From assembly GCA_035273325.1 (NCBI GenBank), contig DATEPF010000236.1, positions 254-64,253 on the forward strand: 64,000 bases of DNA, read 5' to 3'. The notes under the pieces were generated by a model, which worked only from the letters and a program-made list of their open reading frames with translations, was not told where the DNA came from and did no database searches. This document shows positions 58,270 to 64,000 of this stretch, piece by piece. This stretch comes from Pyrinomonadaceae bacterium (lineage in GTDB: Bacteria; Acidobacteriota; Blastocatellia; Pyrinomonadales; Pyrinomonadaceae). Both the position numbers and the translations under genes were made by a program. Position 1 is the stretch's first letter, and the number at the start of each line of letters is the position of its first letter.

Positions 58270-59048
58270 CAATCGTGAGTGTTACAAACTCAAAAACCAG
58301 TGGGCAGATGACGACTCAAATGGAGCCGCATGAACTCGTGTGGACGCCGGAAAAGGCGGAAGCGTTCTGGAACTATTTTTCATCAGACCCAAAATTTGCG
58401 CAGCAGTACTTCAGTAACCATTCGGGCGACCTGCTTTTGGAATATTTGGCGACACTGGTTAAGTTCGAAGGGGATATTCTCGATTATGGCTGCGGCCGCG
58501 GTTATCTTGTCGGCCACTTGCTGCGGCGCGGCATCGCGTGTCAGGCGCTTGATTTTTCGTCAGCAAGTATCAATCACGTTCGGGACCAATTCGACACTCA
58601 TCCACTTTTTCGTGGCGCTACGGTCGCAACTGAGGTGCCGACTCCTCTGCTTGAAAAGAGTATGGACCTGGTTTTGAGCGTAGAGATGGTCGAGCATCTT
58701 TTCGATCAGCATCTCTCGCCGACCTTCACTGAGTTTCACCGGCTCTTACGGCCCGGCGGAACTTTAATTGTGACTACTCCAAATGAAGAGGATCTGGAGG
58801 CTCTTCGGGTCCTTTGCCCTGACTGTGGTGCTTACTTTCATCAGTATCAACATTTGCGCAGGTGGTCCGCCGATACTTTGCGCGAAGCCCTGGAGTCGCA
58901 TGGCTTCCAGACCATTACTTGCCACGCAACCTTGATCGCGCCCAGGGGAAAGACTCATCGCGTCCGCCAGTTCCTCCGTCAATTGCGGCGACTACCGGAA
59001 CCGCCGCGACCGCACCTCATTTATATTGGCCGGAGCATCGGTTCATGA
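58266..59048 (+). CDS. Class I SAM-dependent methyltransferase (GTG start, 4-nt overlap)
   Basis: 'ILDYGCGRGYLVGHLL', 'LVLSVEMVEHLFDQHL', 'LLRPGGTLIVTTPN'. C-terminal 'CPDCGAYFH'. Confidence 0.75.
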   Translation: MTIVSVTNSKTSGQMTTQMEPHELVWTPEKAEAFWNYFSSDPKFAQQYFSNHSGDLLLEYLATLVKFEGDILDYGCGRGYLVGHLLRRGIACQALDFSSASINHVRDQFDTHPLFRGATVATEVPTPLLEKSMDLVLSVEMVEHLFDQHLSPTFTEFHRLLRPGGTLIVTTPNEEDLEALRVLCPDCGAYFHQYQHLRRWSADTLREALESHGFQTITCHATLIAPRGKTHRVRQFLRQLRRLPEPPRPHLIYIGRSIGS

Positions 59049-60037
59049 GGCCGCAATCCCTGGAGCGACTGGTTGATCCCGGTACTGGCGCGCTCCTAGA
59101 AATCAAAAGCATAGTCGCCGAAGAACATTCGGAGATTAAGACCGGCGAGTTAGTGGCGACAGATTCGGGGAAGTTATATCCCATCAAACACTTTATTCCG
59201 CGTTTCGTTCCCGACGACAACTACACGGCGAGTTTCGGTGAACAATGGAACCGCTATCGTCGCACCCAGTTGGACCGGTTCAACGGTACGACTTTGAGTC
59301 GTGATCGGCTTTTCGAAGGGACAGGTTGGAGCCATGCTGAATTGATTGGACAACGCGTTCTGGAAGTAGGCTGCGGCGCAGGGCGCTTTACCCAGGTGCT
59401 GCTGGACGCCGGGGCTGACCTGTGCTCTCTCGATTACAGCTCGGCGGTCGATGCCTGCTGGTTGAATAATGGGCCGAACGAGCGTCTTACATTGGTTCAG
59501 GCCGACCTCTATCAAATTCCATTTCAGAGAGGCTTCTTTGACAAAGTTTTCTGCTATGGGGTTTTACAGCATACCCCTGATGTGAAAGCCGCCTTTATGT
59601 CCCTGATTCCGTTTCTTAAGCCAGGCGGCAAACTCGCGGTCGATTTATATCGAAAATCTCCCTGGATTACTCGCTGGACTTCGAAGTATTGGTACCGGCC
59701 GATTACCAAGAGAATGTCACGCGACCTGCTGCGACGGCTGGTTGAATGGTACGTCCCGCGTTGGATACCGATTGACAACGCCCTGCAAAAAGTTCGCGTC
59801 CTACGTTATGCGGTTCCGGCAATCGTACCCTGCTGGAACTACACTGGCATGTTGCCTCTTACGCCGGAGCAAATTGAGGGTTGGGCTATCCTGGATACAT
59901 TCGACGCGCTTTCCCCAAAATACGATTCACCTCAAACTGAAGCGACCCTCGCCGCTTGGTGCGAAGAGGCTGGCCTCGAGCACGTTCAGATCCGCGCCGC
60001 GGGAAATGGACTTATTTGCACTGCCCGGAAGCCCTGA
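59045..60037 (+). CDS. Class I SAM-dependent methyltransferase with a degenerate N-terminal Trm112-like segment
   Basis: ATGA overlap with the previous stop. 'GKLYPIKHFIPRFV', 'VLEVGCGAGRFTQVLL', 'FCYGVLQHTPDVKAAFMSLIPFLKPGGKLAVDLY'. The 61-codon upstream extension in the ORF track overlaps the previous gene and is rejected. Confidence 0.75.
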   Translation: MRPQSLERLVDPGTGALLEIKSIVAEEHSEIKTGELVATDSGKLYPIKHFIPRFVPDDNYTASFGEQWNRYRRTQLDRFNGTTLSRDRLFEGTGWSHAELIGQRVLEVGCGAGRFTQVLLDAGADLCSLDYSSAVDACWLNNGPNERLTLVQADLYQIPFQRGFFDKVFCYGVLQHTPDVKAAFMSLIPFLKPGGKLAVDLYRKSPWITRWTSKYWYRPITKRMSRDLLRRLVEWYVPRWIPIDNALQKVRVLRYAVPAIVPCWNYTGMLPLTPEQIEGWAILDTFDALSPKYDSPQTEATLAAWCEEAGLEHVQIRAAGNGLICTARKP

Positions 60038-60048
60038 AGTTTTCCCAA

Positions 60049-61326
60049 ATGCCTCAAAGCACGTCAACATTAAATAGACGGGTTGCCGACCCGGCCAATC
60101 TAAGCGTGCTGCACATTAGCACCGCCGATAATGTGGGCGGCTCAGGGCGGTCGGCGTATCGGGTGCACACCGGACTAAGACACCTGGGGGCGCGCTCACG
60201 AATGCTGGTTGGTCAGAAGGTTACTGCGGATCCGGACGTCCGATTGATTGCCGGACCCGGTTTTCAGGCGGCGGATCGATTTTTTGATCGGGTGCTGGGA
60301 CGGCTGAGTCTGCAATACCTTTTTTATCCTTCTTCGTTTTACCTTCCGCGCCATCAATGGTTCAAAGAAGCTGATGTAGTTCAGCTATACAACACACACG
60401 GTAACTACTTCAGTCATACGGCGTTGCCGATGATCAGCCATAGGCGTCCGGTGGTGTGGCGATTGTCCGACATGTGGCCGATGACTGGCCACTGCGCTTA
60501 TTCGTTTGACTGCGAACGGTGGCAGACAGGATGCGGTTCGTGTCCGATTCTGTCGGATCCACCGGAATTGTATCGTGACACCACCGCGACCTTATGGCGG
60601 ATTAAAAAATGGATCTATGCGCGTTCAAATCTGACGATTGTCGCGCCTTCCAGGTGGATTGCCGAGCTGGCCGCCAAGAGCCCGCTCCTGAGTCGATTTG
60701 ACGTACAGGTAATCCCCAACGGCCTTGATACAAAGATCTTTGCTCCGGGTCCCCGCGAAGATGCGCGTCGATCTCTCCAGATAGGCCAGGCCGAACGAGT
60801 AATCATGTTTAGTGCCCAGCTAATTACCGATCGCCGAAAAGGCGGCCACTTTATTCGTGCAGCGATAGAGCGGCTTGCGGCATCTGAAGGTAATCTGACG
60901 GTTTTGATTGTCGGTAAAGGGGGAGAAGAAACGGATCTGCCGTCTTCGGTCCGTAAAAGGGTCATCGGCACTATCCGCGATGATCGAGAACTCGCAACGG
61001 CTTATTCCGCAGCTGACGTATTCGTGCTCCCGACGTTGGCTGAGAATCTCCCAAACGGCGTGCTCGAAAGTATGGCCTGTGGGACTCCGCCGGTTACCTT
61101 CGATGTCGGGGGATGCCGAGACGCGGTTCGTCATATGGAGACCGGTTACCTTGCGACTTATTCAGATCCCGATGACCTGACCGAGGGGATACGACTTTTG
61201 CTGAACGATGAAGAGTTGCGGCATCGTCTGGGCAGGCGGTGTCGTGAAGTGGCCACCTCGGAATACGAAACGGATCTGCAGGCGAAAAGATTTTTTTCCC
61301 TATATCAGGACATCCGGCGTAAATAG
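60049..61326 (+). CDS. GT4-family (GT-B) glycosyltransferase
   Basis: 'LHISTADNVGGSGRSAYRVHTGL' and 'VFVLPTLAENLPNGVLESMACGTPPVTFDVGG' (EX7E). Confidence 0.8.
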   Translation: MPQSTSTLNRRVADPANLSVLHISTADNVGGSGRSAYRVHTGLRHLGARSRMLVGQKVTADPDVRLIAGPGFQAADRFFDRVLGRLSLQYLFYPSSFYLPRHQWFKEADVVQLYNTHGNYFSHTALPMISHRRPVVWRLSDMWPMTGHCAYSFDCERWQTGCGSCPILSDPPELYRDTTATLWRIKKWIYARSNLTIVAPSRWIAELAAKSPLLSRFDVQVIPNGLDTKIFAPGPREDARRSLQIGQAERVIMFSAQLITDRRKGGHFIRAAIERLAASEGNLTVLIVGKGGEETDLPSSVRKRVIGTIRDDRELATAYSAADVFVLPTLAENLPNGVLESMACGTPPVTFDVGGCRDAVRHMETGYLATYSDPDDLTEGIRLLLNDEELRHRLGRRCREVATSEYETDLQAKRFFSLYQDIRRK

Positions 61327-61502
61327 ACGTCAATGGCCAACAGCTCATAAGGTTGAATCAGCCATCAGCACAGTTGGAGAAATGTATCGTTGGTCCAGCT
61401 TCAGAGTGCTGAAAAAGAGGAATCGGTTAGGCTAGCTCAAGTAAAGAAATTTCAACCATTGGCCATGGCGAACCGTCTCTTTTCCAAAAGGAGAATTGCT
61501 AA

Positions 61503-62429
61503 ATGAAGTTGATCGGAAAACAATTGAACCAAATCCTCGTCGTAATTGCTTTCCTGTTCTTGGCCCAGCCCGCGATTAGTCAAGAGTCTCCGAACGACAC
61601 GCGCGTTCCACCCGCTGCGAGCATTACAGATAGCGCGGGTGATGTGTGGAGTTTTGGCGTTGGTGGCGCTGTCTTGCGTAATAGTGTGGCCGTGGGAGGT
61701 GCGGGATCGGAGCTCCTCTACTGTAATCACATCGTGCATGCGTTTGGCACTGACTCCAACTGGTATCGGTGGGCGGGGAGTTGGACGCTGAACGGCACTG
61801 TTGACCCCTGCGCCAGCTTTGAGGAGTCGCCGCACCTTATCTACTTCGACCCCAATGGCAATACAGGCTTCGGTACGCAAACGCCAATCTTCAATGATGA
61901 TGGGGTAACAGGCGCAAATGTGGGTAAGTATTTCGCCGTCGATGGGGTAGTTCCTGGGGGCGCAGCATATATCGGCGTGGGCGGCAATGTGACCAACTTA
62001 AATGACCGCGTGGGCCAATACGCTTTCTACAACTGGGCGCAAGGAGGCGTTGATCATCGGACGGCGTTCATCCAGTCCGGCAACGACGGTGTGCTGGGCA
62101 GGGGTTATCTTGAACTTGCCACCTCACCGGATAACGTGAGTCCGCTGGTACGAATGCGGATTGGCTCGGATGGAACAGTTCGCATTGGCAACCCGTGGTT
62201 TACAGGCGGCACCGTGGGCGTGACGGCGCTCCCGGGGCAGTCACTTATCCAAACGTGGTTCAACAATGTCGGCGTGCCGGTCGCCAGCGTTCTGAACAAT
62301 GGTAAGTTGTACCTGCGCAGCGCAGGTGCGCCAATTATTCTGAAAGCTCCCAATGGAAAGTGCTTCGAGAAATCAATAGACAACGATGGTAACTGGGTAA
62401 CTGTGCCGGTTACACCTTGTCCACCATAA
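61503..62429 (+). CDS. Secreted protein of unknown function
   Basis: RBS AAGGAGA lies upstream. Signal peptide 'ILVVIAFLFLAQPAISQE'. It has recurring 'DPNGNTGFGTQTP' and 'GSDGTVRIGNPWF' segments. Confidence 0.6.
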   Translation: MKLIGKQLNQILVVIAFLFLAQPAISQESPNDTRVPPAASITDSAGDVWSFGVGGAVLRNSVAVGGAGSELLYCNHIVHAFGTDSNWYRWAGSWTLNGTVDPCASFEESPHLIYFDPNGNTGFGTQTPIFNDDGVTGANVGKYFAVDGVVPGGAAYIGVGGNVTNLNDRVGQYAFYNWAQGGVDHRTAFIQSGNDGVLGRGYLELATSPDNVSPLVRMRIGSDGTVRIGNPWFTGGTVGVTALPGQSLIQTWFNNVGVPVASVLNNGKLYLRSAGAPIILKAPNGKCFEKSIDNDGNWVTVPVTPCPP

Positions 62430-62520
62430 ACAAAAGCGAAAACCTACCTGTAATCGCACTAATTATTGCTTTGCGCAAGCCGGATTGACATTGCATTGAC
62501 GTCAATCACGCTTAAATAGA

Positions 62521-62559
62521 AATGCAGGTCCGATTGATGATCGGACCTGCATTGTTTTC
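62521..62559. terminator. Bidirectional rho-independent terminator between convergent genes
   Basis: A perfect 14-bp stem: 'aatgcaggtccgat' (62521-62534) pairs with 'atcggacctgcatt' (62540-62553), loop 'tgatg', followed by 'gttttcg'. An A-rich run precedes the stem on the plus strand. Confidence 0.8.
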
Positions 62560-62572
62560 GAGGCAAGTGCGG

Positions 62573-63532
62573 CTATTGGCACGGTGCTGCATCGGTGCAG
62601 ATCGTTGACGGGCCTATAATATTTCCGCCGTTGTTGAAGAACGAACTCACTTTGTAGAGAGTCAAAGCCGTGGCCGAAGGCAGATTGTTGTGAATGCCCG
62701 CGCCGAATGAGTAAGAAACGGTCGTGTTAACCAGCTTTGCGGTCGCCTGATTAAGTCGAATCCCAATCCCTTCACCAGGGTTAGGTGCGAGATTAGGAGC
62801 CCCTAATCGAAATCCCGTATTTACCACCTCGGAATTCAAGACAACTAGCCGGCTGCTACCGCCGGTTCTGATGCCGTAGTTGAGGTTGTTTTCCAGACGG
62901 CAGTCAACAACTTCCACGCCGGCGCCGCTGGTGTCAATGCCGACATTGTAGTTTCGTATTGTCAGGTTACGTAACGTGACCCGGCGATCGCCTTCGGAGG
63001 GCAGGTAAAATATGAATATTCCGGGGCCGGCTTGCCGCGCTGTGTTGCCACCTGCAGGATCGCCTTGAAACACGGCGTCGATTATTGCGTGCACACCTGG
63101 CGCCGCCTCCAACGTCACATGACCCGGGTTCGCCGCGCCAAAGGGGGGGACGATGTTGGCACGGCCGATGTAAACGGCTTCAGCGAATCGGCCCGAAGCA
63201 ACAATTCTGACGAGGCCGTTTTGGTTAGCCCCGGTGCCGGCCGCGGCGCCTGTGCCGGGACCGAGCGCGGCGTTGATGGTACCGAAAATTCTATCGGCGC
63301 CGTCGGTGTCTTCCGCAGTCCCAATGCGGCCGTCGCCGTCAAAGTCACCGCAAGTGCCGGACGCTACGAGAGTTGTTCCGGGCACCGGGCTGTCGCAGTT
63401 ACCCTCGACGAGTACGGGGTGATTCGCTTCCGCGGGTCGAGTCCCAAAAAAGCCAACGCCCAACACGAGGACGGCAATTAAAGAGAAAGCACCAAGTTTG
63501 GCAAGAGAGTGTGACGGTTGCTTGAGTTTCAT
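62573..63532 (-). CDS. Secreted right-handed parallel beta-helix repeat protein (second, divergent)
   Basis: RBS AGGAAGGA. Signal/anchor 'LGAFSLIAVLVLGVGFFG'. 'GDFDGDGRIGTAEDTDGADRIFGTINAAL', then beta-helix-like repeats 'VTLRNLTIRNYNVGIDTSGAGVEVVDCRLENNLNYGIRTGG'. Confidence 0.65.
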   Translation of the reverse strand: MKLKQPSHSLAKLGAFSLIAVLVLGVGFFGTRPAEANHPVLVEGNCDSPVPGTTLVASGTCGDFDGDGRIGTAEDTDGADRIFGTINAALGPGTGAAAGTGANQNGLVRIVASGRFAEAVYIGRANIVPPFGAANPGHVTLEAAPGVHAIIDAVFQGDPAGGNTARQAGPGIFIFYLPSEGDRRVTLRNLTIRNYNVGIDTSGAGVEVVDCRLENNLNYGIRTGGSSRLVVLNSEVVNTGFRLGAPNLAPNPGEGIGIRLNQATAKLVNTTVSYSFGAGIHNNLPSATALTLYKVSSFFNNGGNIIGPSTICTDAAPCQ

Positions 63533-64000
63533 TTATTTCCTTCCTGGTTCGTGCAGGGAATCTGGCACGGACACGCTCCCCTGCTGTGAACATGTCGTGG
63601 GGCGTTGGCCCGGATGTATCTGACTTCGTGGTGTTGAAAGCGAACCGCAAAACGCGAACACTGGTGAGGGAGACGGAGGGGTCTTCCCTGTGTCGCTAGC
63701 ATCTTTTAAGGGGGTATATGCTTGGCCTGCCTTATACCATGCACGGTGCGGTACCACAAGAGGTTTTTGAGAGTCTGGATCGGGTGTGTTTGGCTGATCC
63801 GGAATAGACTTATAGTATTCTCGCAATCCGTTTCCAGGTCGCGCAGTGGTCGGCCGTCGTATTCCGAAGAACTAATTAAGGAATTAAGGGCGAGCAAGAA
63901 TTCTTACAATAATGAACTTTAATGAACACCGAAAAAATCCACGACAAATGTCTTTTTTTCAAAGGCGGTGGATCATGGCGCTGCGATCAAAACGCTTCAC

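Noticed and set aside
58862-59044. A 61-codon N-terminal extension of the methyltransferase ORF 58862-60037.
   Set aside because: It fully overlaps the 3' end of the preceding methyltransferase gene in another frame. The ATGA stop/start junction at 59045-59048 gives a normal coupled start.
63975-64000. A possible gene start ('atggcgctgcgatcaaaacgcttcac') at the right window edge.
   Set aside because: Only 8 codons are visible, the RBS is weak and there is no way to assess coding potential.

Overview
The window is almost entirely one very large glycan (O-antigen / exopolysaccharide type) biosynthesis supercluster, about 60 kb with roughly 55 genes. I recognised no rRNA, tRNA, CRISPR array, transposase or integrase. 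The likely source is Acidobacteriota, because the first ORF ends in a TIGR03437 / Solibacter-type C-terminal domain; this is an inference from motifs only.

Content from left to right:
- A surface repeat protein, cut by the window edge.
- A sulfatase-family gene remnant.
- A minus-strand operon: Wzc-like BY-kinase co-polymerase, LbH acetyltransferase, DegT aminotransferase, methyltransferase and Gfo/Idh/MocA dehydrogenase.
- rfbB and rfbD.
- An orphan DUF4254-like gene.
- A secreted-protein cassette: HYR/DUF11 giant protein, a small Cys protein and a beta-helix protein.
- A roughly 44-kb mostly plus-strand run, holding the items below.

The 44-kb run contains:
- Two paralogous Wzm/Wzt ABC exporters.
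- A CDP-glucose-derived C-methyl (branched) deoxysugar module.
- A tightly packed block: NeuB-family synthase, KdsC-type phosphatase, SDR, aldehyde dehydrogenase, CMP-transferase, fused transketolase and a Capsule_synth-like transferase.
- gmd and fcl.
- A formyltransferase / WbqC / aminotransferase module.
- Two AsnB-type amidotransferases.
- About 8 glycosyltransferases and about 10-11 methyltransferases.

Most interesting observations:
- The non-canonical ulosonic-acid block at 27688-35978.
- The duplicated Wzm/Wzt pairs, whose Wzt C-terminal domains have diverged.
- A recurring TTGAC(G/C)-N17/18-TAGA(G/C)T promoter-like motif at four operon heads.
- A GC-rich single-gene island at about 37020-38470.

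All functional calls rest on motif recognition by eye. No database search was run.
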